This document shows, one piece after another, positions 51,590 through 64,000 of a stretch of 64,000 nt of DNA. The position numbers were made by a program, and so were the translations under genes. The notes below the pieces were generated by a model. It was not told where the DNA came from and did not search any database. It saw only the letters and a list, made by a program, of their open reading frames with translations. Where the stretch lies: contig OX597814.1 in NCBI GenBank assembly GCA_951406725.2, forward strand, positions 118,358,001 through 118,422,000, read 5' to 3'. Origin of the DNA: Octopus vulgaris (taxonomy: Eukaryota). Positions within the stretch are counted from its first letter, which is position 1; each line of letters begins with the position of its first letter.

Positions 51590-51990
51590 AGAGAGTTGGC
51601 GGTTTACGGCCATATGTAATAAAGGAAGGAAGGGAGAAGATCAATTGTTTTCACGACGGAGGCGCGATCCGAGTGAAAACTGCAGAAACAGTCGGAAGAC
51701 AGACTCATAGTTCAGCGGTTGATCGGCGGAGCGGAAGTGCTGCGAGACCGGGATATTGCCGACTCTGATGTCTCGAAGGTGCTCAGTGAACCGGTCGGCC
51801 ACGCGGCGTCTTGTTTGATCAGTGTACAGAGAAGGACAGATAGTGCAGGATAGGCACTAGATAATATTGCTGAAGGCACAGGTAAACGAGCCGGTCAAGT
51901 GATAGGGAAGGTGGTGGCTGCCGGTGAGGATATTGGTTGTGGAGAGGTAGGGGCAGATGCAATAGCATGAGTGAGAGCATAGAAAGGAGC
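51590..51990 (-). pseudogene. Penelope GIY-YIG endonuclease remnant
   Basis: CPYLSTTN..GSFTCAFSNII*CLSCTICPSLYTDQTRRRVADRFTEHLRDIR. Confidence 0.85.
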
Positions 51991-52049
51991 CAGTTTGGGA
52001 GTCACATATATGTGTGTGTGTATGTGTATAGGCACATTGTAAATATATA

Positions 52050-52103
<54 letters not shown>

Positions 52104-52109
<6 letters not shown>

Positions 52110-52678
52110 ACAAATTCGAATTTCAAAATAGAAAATTACCCTTACACAAGTGATTTTACATGTTAGAAATAGCAGCCAACACGGCCAAAAACTACAATTT
52201 TTATAGCAAGTTTCGAAGTATATGAAAAATAAAAACCTTTACCTTGTTATATAACGGTTATACCATAGTTTCAAATTTCTTTAGCAAATAATATTGCTTC
52301 CCATCTTTTAATAGATTAATTAGCAAGACCATATTATCTACCAGGCGAATCCTCGTCAGTAACCGGCCTAAACAACTAACTTATAATTCAGAGACAAAGT
52401 AACACGTGACCCATCATTATATGCTATAATTTTTCAAATATCGCGCGCAGGCGCATTCACATTCAGTAATAGATACAATGCCGAGCAGAAACTTCGAGAA
52501 TGCTAAGAACATATTCATAAGGTACATATATATAGGGTGGCGAATACTCGTTATAAATATCACCACTAGTGACCTAGCATGTATAAAAAGTCAATAGACA
52601 ACAAATTCGTATTTCAAAATAGAAAATTACCCTTAAACAGGTAATTTTACATGCTAGAAATAGTAGCCAACACGGCCA
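52104..52678. mobile_element. Short element bounded by 84-bp direct repeats (52104-52187 and 52595-52678)
   Basis: tagacaacaaattcg.atttcaaaatagaaaattaccctta..tagaaatag.agccaacacggcca twice. Follows (AT)n. The tagaaatagcagccaa motif also occurs at about 338. Confidence 0.75.
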
Positions 52679-53028
52679 TATATAAAGATTTTTTAAGTGA
52701 GGAAAGGCTGTGCACTGAGTCAATCCGATTCACTAAGCAACAGCAGCAATAATCCGAAAAGAAGAACAAGTCAACATCATCGTAACCGCTGATCCGCAGG
52801 TTTTAGTCGTAGTTATCCCAGTTACCTGAGTTACCTTCTCCTAGAAGGATGCCCTAACAAAGGTTAGAAGTCCACTCCCAATGGTTTAACTACGCGATCG
52901 GGTATTCAGTCCGATTATTTCTATGTCCCCGCGCATTTATACATACATACACATATATTTATGTGTGAGTGTGCGTGTATGTGTGTGTGTTTGTGTCTGT
53001 GTGTTTGTGTCTGTGTACGTAAATATAA

Positions 53029-53062
<34 letters not shown>

Positions 53063-53144
53063 CCACAGCCTTAAGGCTGATACGTATAATAGAGTAAAAT
53101 AATGTGCGTATAATAGAGTAAAATAATGTGCGTTTTACGTATGA

Positions 53145-53700
53145 ACGAACTAAATGACATATATTCGCGCTTTCATATGAACCATTAGGATATCGAAAAG
53201 TTCCCTTTGATTAATTTTTGTTTTTTTTCCGAATAGATCCTTTACTGAAGAACAATACCTTACATGCATGCATAATGAGACGAATTTCTTGCCCATGTAC
53301 GGTTATAAATAAATGTACAATCACTACTGCATTATGCAAGAGCGGTTCAGATATTCATTTGTGGAATTCCACAGCATCGAATGATGTGAATTTCGCTTTA
53401 TTTTTATTGGAGACATATTTGAACCAAGATATCACCGAGAAACTGTTACTCCGCATCAACAAATCTGACGATTCATGACTATGCAATTAATCTTTCTTGA
53501 AATTTTATTTGTTTCTTGTCTTAGATTGGTTGCCATATAATTCATTGCTACCGTGCTATTCATAATGCACGCAGGTAAGGCATTGTTATTTAGTAACGGA
53601 TTTGTTTGAACCCCCCCCCCCGAAAAAAAACAGATAACCAAAATGAATTATTCGATTTCTTAATGGGTTCATATGATAGCACGTATATATGACATTTAGC
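53145..53700. mobile_element. MITE-like element with about 130-bp diverged terminal inverted repeats
   Basis: taaatgacatatat..tcatatgaaccattagga..aacaataccttacatgcatgcat versus atgcacgcaggtaaggcattgtt..taatgggttcatatga..atatatgacattta. Confidence 0.6.
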
Positions 53701-54099
53701 ATCGTCCCCCATAGGTCCGACACCGAGGTGTGGCGGGCCTATAGGGGAAGATGCTACTGTTGTGATAGTCACAGCCTAGCTGGTGATTGTCACACGCTCT
53801 TCACGGATTACTATCCAGAAACCTGGGTCCCTATGTATCCCGCAAGGTTAGAGATGGGAAGGCTAATCGGAAACAGACAGTGTATCGTTAACCAGCTGGA
53901 GGAGATATCTTCCTAGGGCTATAAACAAGAATAGCATCACCCTCTATGTGTCCGCCACATTCAGGTAGCAAATATACATCACAATTCCGTACTGTTACAC
54001 GGGTGTAGATGTGGGTGGGGTGGGGGAACGGCTGTACATGTGGGTAGAGTGGGGCCACAGGTGTAGATGAGGGTGTGTGGAAGGAAGGTGGTAGATTGT

Positions 54100-54368
54100 T
54101 ATCCGTGAAGAGAGGAAGTATGAGTCAGATGACGAGAGAAAGTAAGTGTCAGATGCAGAGAGGAAGGGGTCAAATAAAGAGAGAATGTCCGAACACAGGC
54201 AGATGTTCTAGTGAATGACCATAGAGCGAAAATGGTATGAGACGAGGTTTCATAGCCGAGTCTTATGTCACAGAGGTGCTCCGCAAACCGGTCATCCAAG
54301 CAGCATCCCGTTTGACCAATGTACAGAGAAAGACAAAAAGAGCAGTAGATACAGAAGATGACGTTACC
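54100..54368 (-). pseudogene. Penelope GIY-YIG endonuclease remnant
   Basis: GNVIFCIYCSFCLSLYIGQTGCCLDDRFAEHLCDIRLG. Confidence 0.88.
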
Positions 54369-54389
54369 GGATTGAGTCTGAGCCCTTGT

Positions 54390-54610
54390 TCAAAGATTCG
54401 GAGATGATATCTGGCCTGCGGTCTCGGCCAAACTGCTTGTCATGTTCCTTCTTACTATCCACGACTTCACAAATTTAGCCCAAGCAACCTGCGTCGTTGG
54501 CAGACGGGAATCTTCTAATACAATTGTAAGAACGGTTAGAGCATGAAATTTCGACGTACTACGTCTCTTCAGTGGCAGCTGTCCACTCGCCACATACACG
54601 CCATCTATGT
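54390..54610 (-). pseudogene. Possible L1/Tx1 ORF2 C-terminal remnant
   Basis: KFHAL..EDSRLP..AKFVKSWI resembles the FKFHLK..FIESWV end at 62740-62850. Confidence 0.35.
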
Positions 54611-54908
54611 TCGCTCTACGAACACCAAATGCATAATTTGATCAAAATAGATATGAACAGCAAGTCAGTCACGAGTAACATATATCAAGTAATCTTTTAT
54701 ACTTAATATTTTATTTGTGGTGAATAATGCATACGAAAGTTTAATTGAAACTGAAAAATATTTACTGTCATTCATGATTGCCATACGAAAATCTTTTGAA
54801 TATATATACATGTGTTTATATATGTACGCCTTTCTATCATTCGCTCTCCATCTCCCCCTCTCTCTCTCTGTACATATATGCATATACATGTGTGTGTACG
54901 TATGTATG

Positions 54909-54939
<31 letters not shown>

Positions 54940-54962
54940 GTATGTATATATATATGTATATA

Positions 54963-55035
<73 letters not shown>

Positions 55036-55397
55036 ATCATGATATGAAAATTAGTTTATTGAAAACAGTAAAGATAATATAATTCATAAAGTAAAGCAAA
55101 ATGATTGGCATTAAAAATTTTTCAATTGCAATTCTGCAATTGATGACATTCTCTATAGATTTAGGTTAAGTAGTCAATAAATATGTATTCGTAACTTCAT
55201 TCGTCATCAAGCAGGTATCAATAATTTCATATGTCGCTAGCACGAATTATTAAGAAAACATGGGAAAACGTAGGAGGGCTTTTGATATATGTATTACGTA
55301 TATACATATATAGGAAATTAATGAATTAAATACGCAATACATCAGAGTGTATGTGATTGTATACAGAAACACACATACACACACACACTCACCAATG

Positions 55398-55457
<60 letters not shown>

Positions 55458-55459
55458 TC

Positions 55460-55670
55460 GTTTACTTGTTTCTGTCATTTGACTGCGGCCATGCTAGAGC
55501 ACCGCCTTTGTTCGAAATAGTAGAGTTATTTTCGTAAGCCCAGTACTTATTCTATCGGTCGCTTTTGCCGAACCGCGTAGTGACGGGGATGTAAATAGAA
55601 CAACATCGGTTGTCAAGCTATAGTGAGAAGACAAAGACAGACACACAAATACACACACACAAACACACAC
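55460..55670 (-). mobile_element. SINE type 1 tail
   Basis: gactgcggccatgctagagcaccgcc..agtacttattctatcgg..gccgaaccgc. Confidence 0.85.
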
Positions 55671-55779
55671 ACATATATATTACAGTCCAAAAAGAAGAAC
55701 AAACACAAAAACAACAACAACGCGAGGACGTTGTACATGTAGAGTATTAGCAGACGCTCCGGGAAGGTAAGAAAGATGA

Positions 55780-55812
55780 TTTAACGTTTCGAGCATCGTT
55801 CTTCTTCAGAAA
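55780..55812 (-). ncRNA. Minimal hammerhead ribozyme-like motif
   Basis: TTT-CTGAAGA-A GAAC GAT GCTC-GAAAC-GTT-AAA. Palindromic AACGTT. Confidence 0.6.
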
Positions 55813-55934
55813 GAGAGGAAAGTCCAATAGAAAGGAAGAGGGAGGACCAAACGCCAATGATTGACATATGAATACATATATATATACCTATCCATCTATC
55901 AATCTATCTATATCTATATCTATCTATCTATCTA

Positions 55935-55989
<55 letters not shown>

Positions 55990-56013
55990 GTGTGTATGTG
56001 TATGTGTGCGTGC

Positions 56014-56076
<63 letters not shown>

Positions 56077-56114
56077 CATAGATATAGATAGAGATATATA
56101 CATAGATATAGATA

Positions 56115-56330
56115 TAAGAAATAATTAAGATTTAGTTGAACTAGGTACTTAGGTTGAAGCACCAAGTCAGTCCGATATTATTCGCACAACTCGAAGGGAA
56201 TATAATAAAAATAAGCAATAGAATATCAAGTCATGATGCACTACGACCGTTTCAAGCGGGTCCATTTAACTGAACAATGCAATCATTACATCAATTCAAA
56301 TGCAGGGCTATCATCAGCTGCACAAATAAA
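56115..56330 (-). mobile_element. Short element homologous to 49620-49720 with degenerate hammerhead (56241-56320)
   Basis: agaaataatt..taggtacttaggttgaagcac is shared. Minus strand reads CTGATGA-TAGC..GCTT-GAAAC-G-GTC. Confidence 0.5.
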
Positions 56331-56657
56331 TATAATTTTAATCAGTCGGACACATTAATATAATTTTACTGAAATGTTCTAAGAGAGCAAGTATGTGGAA
56401 GAAATCCTTGTTGTCGGTATAATAGCTAAGAATATACTACACTTCCAAGAAATGCATGATCATTTTGATCGTTGGGATCATAGCTTGTAAAAGATTATGA
56501 TTCATTTGTAATTTATTAGTATTTTAGCAACTACTAAATCTGAAGGACAAGTGTGAGTTGACAGCGCATTGCTAGGTATGGTCATAAATATTGCCATTTC
56601 TTGATATCCTGTTACTTATAAATATTGTCATTTCTTGATATTCTGTTGCTTATTTTG

Positions 56658-56716
<59 letters not shown>

Positions 56717-57194
56717 ATGTGTGTGTTTGTGTGTGTGCATGTATATGTGTGTATAACTATAAGTTAGACATGTTTCTGCCAAAGATGAGCGTAAATAATA
56801 TTTTACATACGTACATACATGCAAACAGACAGACACAGTCGGACAGACAAACAGAGATACATATATACTGACATGGATGCATATAATGAATGACGATTCT
56901 TATGTTCAGATACAAAATTATATTATCTATTTGGTTTTGCTCTCAAAATAGCAATATAAAACGATACGAAATCACGTTTGGAGAAAGCAAAAAACCGCGC
57001 TATATATAAGTACGTGGTAGATTTGGTCGTCATTCTTGAGACACGTTCTGGAAAATTGAATGGGAAGATGGTTGAAATGGATTAATGGCCTGTTTGGTTC
57101 GTCAGTGCAGCCTGCGTAATATATATCCACATTATATATCCACATACTCAAATATAGCGCTATCTTGTGATTATTGCTATTAAACTTAGTGGAA

Positions 57195-58020
57195 CCAGAT
57201 AGCAATGTTTATATGCCAACAGAATGTGGCAGTCCTATGAAGGGCGATGTTTCTGTTGTTTTAGCCCCAGGAAAACATCTTTCCCAGCTGCCTATCGACA
57301 CACAACTTGTCTTTGTATAACATGTGCATGGGAGGTGATTGCTCCCATACTCACAGACCTAGGTTTCTGAATGTTATCCCTTATCACTGTGAGACAACCA
57401 CCATCTATTAATGAAAGCTCTATTCACTGAATTGAGATGACATCCAGAGACCTAGGTCTGTGAGTATCACGGAAGGCTAGAGATGGGAGTGATGACCTCC
57501 ACTGCAAATGCTATACAACTTGAAAAGATCGTTTCTTTGAGCTAAAAAAAGAGTACCATCGTCATTTATAGGATTGTCACATTCTGTTAGCATATAAACA
57601 TTACAATTCGGTAATGTTACTGTATTTCTCTCGCTCAGAGATTTATAAAAAGTTGTTTTTCTCGATACGAGATCAGCGACTGTGTGTGTCGCTTAAAAGA
57701 ATATATAGTATTTGCAAGTGGAGAAAGCTTTCGTTACTAGCTTGTGGTTGTCTCACACTGAGGACGGATAACAACATTGAAAACTAGGACTGTGAGTATC
57801 ACGTAAGGCTAGAAATGGGAGCGATGACTTCCCTTACAAATCCCATACGGACAAAAACTGTCTGTTGACAGCCAGCTGGTATAGATGCTTTTTTTTTCTG
57901 GGGCTAAAACAACAGTAACATCGTCCGTTATAGGACTGCTACATTGTGTTGGCTATAAACATTACTATCCGGTACTTTTACTGTATTTCCCTCGCTCAGA
58001 GATTTTAAGCATGTTGTTTT
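57195..58020. repeat. Three copies of a ~250-bp unit (one inverted, two direct); distant relative at 53780-53965
   Basis: cctaggtctgtgagtatcacg.aaggctaga.atggga..ataggac/ttg..cacattctgtt..cgctcagagattt at 57445 and 57745. Inverted copy at 57195-57403. Confidence 0.8.
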
Positions 58021-59411
58021 TCTCTATTAGTGGAACCAGTTTAAGTTTAATTGAATCAAGCATTGCTTGTTGAAACCTTAGTTTCAGATATTGCTATAAA
58101 CATATTTTAATGCTTTAAGCCAGTAATTGTTATTGAAATCGATTCATCCTAAAATTATCAGAGAAAGCTTTTTCTAACACACACACGCACACAGACGCGT
58201 GTACAGACATACATAGATATATTTGAGAATGTGGGTAAAAGAAAATATGGGTTGGGAGTCAGTTAGTTATGATTTTATTAAAAATATTCCCCTCTCAGTT
58301 TAAAACAACACTTGCAGTGGTCTGTCAGGTTTTTTACATCATGTAAATGAACTTGGAAGATCGAGCATCTCACCGGGACTTTCGTGATAGCCTTAAAGCC
58401 TGAACCCTTTTAGCACTTCCTCTGTATATAGTAGGTACAAACATATCTATTATATCATTATTTAAAAGAGAATAGCTGAAAGCTACTTCGTAATTCTGTT
58501 GTATAGCAGAAGCAACCTGTTGAGACTCAGAGAAGTTTCCAGCACCAACTATAATTTATAGCCTATATGTGACATATTTGACATGTATTTCTTTAGAAAG
58601 CAGTGTTCCTGCATTTACATTTTTATGCACTCGTCAGTATACGCTGGGCATAATTTAGAAATAATCCATAATCTAACCTCGCAGCTTATTCCCAATTGTG
58701 ACTGTTAAATGAGAAAAAAATGTCATCTCCTTTTAATCTATCACGATGAACATCGGATTTCTTTTTTGCATTCAGATTTGTTTTTCTTATCCCATTACTA
58801 CTCTGTTACTTGTAGATTTTTTTCTTAATGTAATCCCTTTTCCGCTCAGTCAACATATTCAGTGTATCAAAACAGATGCAACAAGATATATTTTATTACC
58901 ACACCGAATTTTGCCTTTATATTCCTTCTTCTACAAGTAATTTTGAGATTAAAAAAATGGATCGCCAAATAGCATAATCTTTGAAACAACTGACAAACCA
59001 TTTTTTATAAAAATATCACTGTAATGAAAATATGTATTTCAAATTTTGGCAGAAGGCCTGCGGTTTCTGGAATAGGGTAGGTCGATTAGATCGACCCAAG
59101 TGTTCATCTGTTAAGTATTTTATGCAAACTCAATCACGGCGGAATTTGAACTCAAAATATGAAGACGGACTAACTGTGAGTTTATCCGTATTCAATACGG
59201 ATAAACTCACACCCTCATTTTTATCTTCACTTTCTGGAAAACTACGATGTTTTCGAAAAACTTTTTAATAACCTGATATATGACTGTGTAATACGAATTG
59301 AACTCTTTAAAACCAATATGTTATCTAAATTCTCATTTTTATAGAATTTTCCATGATGTTTCACGAGTGTAACATTACCCCCTTTAATGTTTGGGGATCT
59401 CGGATGTTTTT

Positions 59412-59496
59412 TCGGCTTATGAGTACGAGCCACCTATATTTACTGCAATTTTTGTAGCTTTATTAAAGATGTCCTCGTACGAAACAATTGTACCGA
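59412..59496 (+). ncRNA. Type I hammerhead with extended stem II (G5U, probably inactivated)
   Basis: TCGG-CTTATGA-GTACGAG...CTCGTAC-GAAAC-AATT-GTA-CCGA. Confidence 0.65.
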
Positions 59497-59524
59497 TATA
59501 TTGATCCATTCTTGTTGCTTTTTT

Positions 59525-59621
<97 letters not shown>

Positions 59622-59669
59622 TTATATATATATATATTATATATATATATATATACTTATATATATATA

Positions 59670-60013
59670 TGCCGAGACTCGCTTCGGTCATGACTAACCA
59701 TGGGATTGCACCTAGAAAGTTACCCCCTCCCTCAGGTACACAATTCCAGGCATTGATGTTTATGGAAGACCAGCAGTCGCCCATGCATACCGGCTTCCCC
59801 TCTCCACTCACCAGTGTTATCCAAGGGAAAGGCAAAGGGGCCGATAAATTTGGCACCTGTGACGTCGCACCTCATTTCTACAGCTGAGTAAGTTGGAGCA
59901 ATGTGAAATAAAGTGTCTTGCTCAAGAACACAACACACAGCCCGGTCCGGGATTCGAACTCACAACTTCGCGATCGTAAGCTCGGCGCTCTAACCACTAA
60001 GCCATGCGCCTTC
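59670..60013 (-). mobile_element. tRNA(Arg-like)-derived SINE type 2, well preserved
   Basis: Minus strand GGCGCATGGCTTAGTGGTTAGAGCGCCGAGCTTACGATCGCGAAGTTGTGAGTTCGAATCCCGG (A box, B box GTTCGAATCC), followed by GTGTTCTTGAGCAAGACACTT central domain. Confidence 0.88.
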
Positions 60014-62339
60014 ATATATATCTGTGTGTGTGTATATGTGAGTGCGTTTGTGTGTGTGTATACACGCACACATAAAAAGAGAGAGTGGGAGAGAGAGGGA
60101 GGGAGAGGGATAGAAATAAAAAAAATATATGTTGGTAGATAACTTAATAAATAAATAGATATAATAATATTGCGTTTGTAGGTAGATCTTTACCTATATA
60201 TGTATATATATGTGTGTGTGTGTGCGTATGTATATGAATGTATAGATATATATATATATTTGTATCTCTCTGTATGTCTATCTATATGTATAGGTATATA
60301 TTCATATATACATATATATATATGCAAATATCTGTATGTGTCAGTGTGCATGTTTCTGCATACGTACGCATTTGTGCATACCTATGAGTGTGAATGCATA
60401 TGTGTGTGGATATATGCATTCGTATAGAAAGAGGTCTGGGCATGTGTATTAGGAAACACTTTGCACATCATATAACTACAATGTGTATATCTTAGTTCAG
60501 AGACATATTCATACTACTGAAAAATTCTTTTCTTTCGTTATATATTACCAATTTGCATATATCCAATTTACATTCATTTAATCCAATGTAGTTATTAATA
60601 CGAGCAGAAATAGAACATAAAATACATCTATGTACAACTTCTGTTTAATTTCAATGTTTTCAGTCATCTGATTAGTATAATTTGAATGCATTTCGAATAT
60701 ATTATTAATATTTTGCATACACTAGATGTTTTTGGCATGTCATTGTTTATCGAATAACATACACAGTCTCAGATTAAAAAATTTAGAATGATATTTAGTT
60801 TTTATTCTTTTCGTTAAAATAAATTATCTTTTTGACAAACAAAAATGTATTCTTTACTTTAACTTCAGAATCTTACTGAAAATATCAATGTTGTTAATGT
60901 TTACTTGTATGTTTTCCTCTCCTTTGGAGAATACGTCTGTTAACATGGTTATTTCAGCTTATTGTACACATTTATATACACTGAGGCAGTCTTTTTAATT
61001 CATGATTTGTGTGAGTTGTGGCTTTTAACAAGTCGAGTGACAGCATACAGATTTGTACCTTTCTGAATAAGCAAGCTATTACAAACATTATAACATACTT
61101 TATATGATAAGTGACAGATGTCGTTGTCAAAATAGAAGTTTTTTGCAGCTTTGTCTTTAAACATCAAACTAAGTCGACTTGAATCGATGAATCATATATA
61201 TTTTCGCTTTGATAGTCTTTCATCTAATATGATTTACAAGCAATGAATTACTGATGATTGCTATTTTATAATATTTCATATTCAAGTGTTTTCTGCTAAA
61301 AGAAAAGTATTTCGTGATAAACGTCGCAATATATGATTAGCGGTTTTCCTATTCAGCTAAAATGGGAATCGTATGATGTATAGCCATGTACTGTTATGAA
61401 AGTTGTTTTGTCTCTTCTTGACTGAACATTTTGTTGCACCTTCCAGCAACTTGAGAAATCTGATCTTCCAAGACCTTGATGTGATCAAATTATGAGAACG
61501 AAGAATTAATTTAGTCGATGCAAACTGTGGAATCCCGCCAGCTGGAAAATTTCTACTCTCAGAATGCATAAATCATTGCCCTATTTAAATCCACCAGTTG
61601 ACCCTTGGAAGGTCTATGACGGAAACTACTCTGAGTAGTGCTCCTATCAGTGAGGTCCTGTGGATCCTTCTCTAAAACCTTAAAGCTCATTTACTTCTAA
61701 CAAACTTTAAAACTGAAATTTATCTCTAGTAACGATGAAATGTTAGACTACTGTGTTACTGAATCCGGGTTCCAATAAATAAGAGGTAGAAAAGTTTCGT
61801 GTATGTTTACAACAGTGTTAGTTGACAAATATGCAGCAATTAAAACAAATGATCAATCTACAATCTAATAAAGGGGATTCTACATTCTCGCTTTACATAG
61901 TGGATAAAAAAGGTAATCACAAAATCTTAGTTAAATTCTAATGTATAGTCTGGCAAGAAATTTTAAACCCAATAGAGGGTATTGTAGATTTACTTCTCCA
62001 AAGAATGAGTGAGTATGGTTACGGGTTTATTTTATTGTTTTGTATTTGTTACAGTAGCTTCTGGATGACATACTGTCTGATAGACTGAAAGTATGTGAGG
62101 GTCTTTTGTGGATATAGCTTTTATCGTTTACCTATTTCAGTCATTATACTCTGACTATGATGGTGTACCGTATTGAAGAAGCTCTCTTTTGACGAACTGT
62201 TTTCCGGAATAAAAACACACCAACACCGCTTGCCAAGTTGTATGGGGAGGCAAACGCATATATAAGGCTGCACAAACACACACACAGACATATAGTTATA
62301 TATTGCATACATGGCACTGAAAGGAATACACAGATATAC

Positions 62340-62640
62340 ACGCAGAATAGTTGGTGGAGGTTCGTTCTTCATTAGTCTGCAACTGAGATTTTTGAGTTCG
62401 GCAAAAGAAAGACATGGTCTGTCACAGCATTCTTCCTTAAATCTCTCTTGAGTCTTGCATGCCTGATCCTGGCCTCTTCAAACCCTTTCACTCCACACTT
62501 TTGTTCGCCATCCAGCTCGATCCGAAGCAAGGGTTTCTATATCCTTTGGATCCATTCCAAGGGACCTCATATTAGTCGTTATGCCGTCTTTAAACCTCTT
62601 TTTAGGTTTGCAACGCTAGCATTTCTCCTCTGCCGGCTCA
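62340..62640 (-). pseudogene. RTE-clade LINE 3' end remnant
   Basis: KPKKRFKDG..LGMDPKDIETLASDRAGWRTKV is a typical RTE C-terminus. Confidence 0.7.
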
Positions 62641-62739
62641 CCGTTAAACAGTTGATTGGGTTTGAAGTGCTGCCTGCGGACGCAAGGGCATCTATGTTTG
62701 GAGTAAAAGAACTCCATTTACCTTGTTCCGACTCAGAGG

Positions 62740-63990
62740 TAGAGGTAACATCTATTCTTTCCATTAACGTATCTTTCACCCAGCTTTCAATAAACTCACT
62801 CTAGGATAACTCATCCCTAAGTTTCTTTTTCAAGTGAAACTTGAAAAAGTTGGGGTGGATTCCACCAAAGAGGAATATATATATCCTCATGCATTTTAGT
62901 TTCGTCTAGCAGACAACTTGTTTTCCACAGCCACCAGGCAAAGGAATATCGCCTTACCTGCCCGGTTAAAAGAAGGCCGCGGGACAATTATCACTATGGA
63001 GTCGACCAACAGACGGATTCGTCCCACACGAGACAGCAGATTTCATCGTAACTACCAAGTCAGCAATGCTCGGATACTGAACAAGGACGTACAGAGAGGT
63101 TTCGTCAATCTGCGCGCACCTCTAACAAGCGCCATTTAACAGTACATACATACCTTTAGTGTTTGTCTCCAGCCGGTAGCGCCTCTGTTAGCACTGCTAG
63201 TCCAAGGCGATCAGTAAATTATCCATGATAGCCCGGCGATTTGTTACCTATGCAATCGCTCATTGCCTCCCGAATTTCAGTAACATCTATTGGTTTTTCA
63301 CGTAGCCTCATGCCCGCTGCTGCGAACCGCAGCAGGCCGTCCAAGCACTAACTAAAATCCACTACCGTCGTCGACCCATCGCCCTGTCCAAACAGCCTCA
63401 CAAATTGACCTGGGAAGTCGCATATGTCTGCTTGGAGCTGAGTAGCATACGCCTGTACTTATCCGTGATTCTCATGATTCTGCTTCTATTTCATGTCTCC
63501 TCTGTTCGGACCCATCAGACAGCTTTCGTACCAATGTGTCTTTAGCTCTGACAACACAACCTTCGTGGTTCGCTTCAAAGATATGGTCAAGGGCCATTAC
63601 CGTCGCTAGAACATTGGTCGTGATGCATTTACTAATCGCCTCTTGTATTTTGTTAACCCCTCCCCACTAAACTGTTCTTTTTTATTGCTAGATTTTGCTA
63701 AAAAATATCGTTTCTACGCCAATCACCTCCTAGGGCGATCCACCACCGGTTGTTGATTGCCCTTATCAACTGCCGCTTAACTAGTTCACTAATCTGGTCC
63801 CTATAGTCTTTACGTGTCGGAAGTAACGTGTTCAACAATCAATAACCCGATCCTTGTGTTCGGGTCCTATCAATCTCGATTGTGCAGATCACAAACTTGT
63901 TTTTACTCTATCAGTCTCTTTTGCATCCAAGACAAAATAATTTAAATGGTAACACTTCCAATCAGTTAAGATCAGAAGCCATGAGAGACA
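62740..63990 (-). pseudogene. Decayed, internally deleted L1/Tx1-type LINE ORF2
   Basis: EKPIDVTEIREAMSDCIGNKSPGYHG (PITxEEI..KSPGxDG), RCAQIDETSLYVLVQYP (CCHC knuckle), FFKFHLKKKLR..FIESWV. Confidence 0.75.
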
Positions 63991-64000
63991 CTATCTGGTA

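Noticed and set aside
58200-58660. Possible old mariner-like fragments (also about 20660-21020)
   Set aside because: Too decayed to read diagnostic motifs or TIRs with confidence.
59935-60013. tRNA-like sequence with A/B boxes and ACG anticodon-like loop
   Set aside because: The acceptor stem does not close and it continues into a SINE body, so it is a SINE head and not a tRNA gene.
61380-61700. Moderately GC-rich block with a short ORF
   Set aside because: No recognisable motif, so no call can be supported.

Overview
AT-rich, microsatellite-dense metazoan DNA, intergenic or intronic. The SINE types and repeat landscape suggest an octopus or other cephalopod (inference). I found no intact host gene and no CRISPR. 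Recognisable content: two 5'-truncated but stop-free CR1/L2-group LINE ORF2 copies (11.4-12.45 kb and 41.9-44.66 kb, the latter nested inside a SINE); a full-length decayed mariner; two Helitron RepHel remnants; R4/Dong-type, RTE, L1/Tx1 and Gypsy remnants; three Penelope GIY-YIG remnants; a hAT MITE; many tRNA-derived SINEs; a DOCK-family pseudogene fragment; and a 5' half of initiator tRNA-Met. The most striking unexplained signal is a dense set of about 15-19 minimal type I hammerhead-ribozyme-like motifs (CUGANGA...GAAAC-palindrome-GUH). They belong to many sequence-unrelated, short, non-coding elements that abut (AT)n tracts and carry fold-back or inverted duplications, which points to non-autonomous Penelope-like or retrozyme-like elements. 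Several motifs show the U3:A8 compensatory core variant. All alignments were read by eye and boundaries are approximate.
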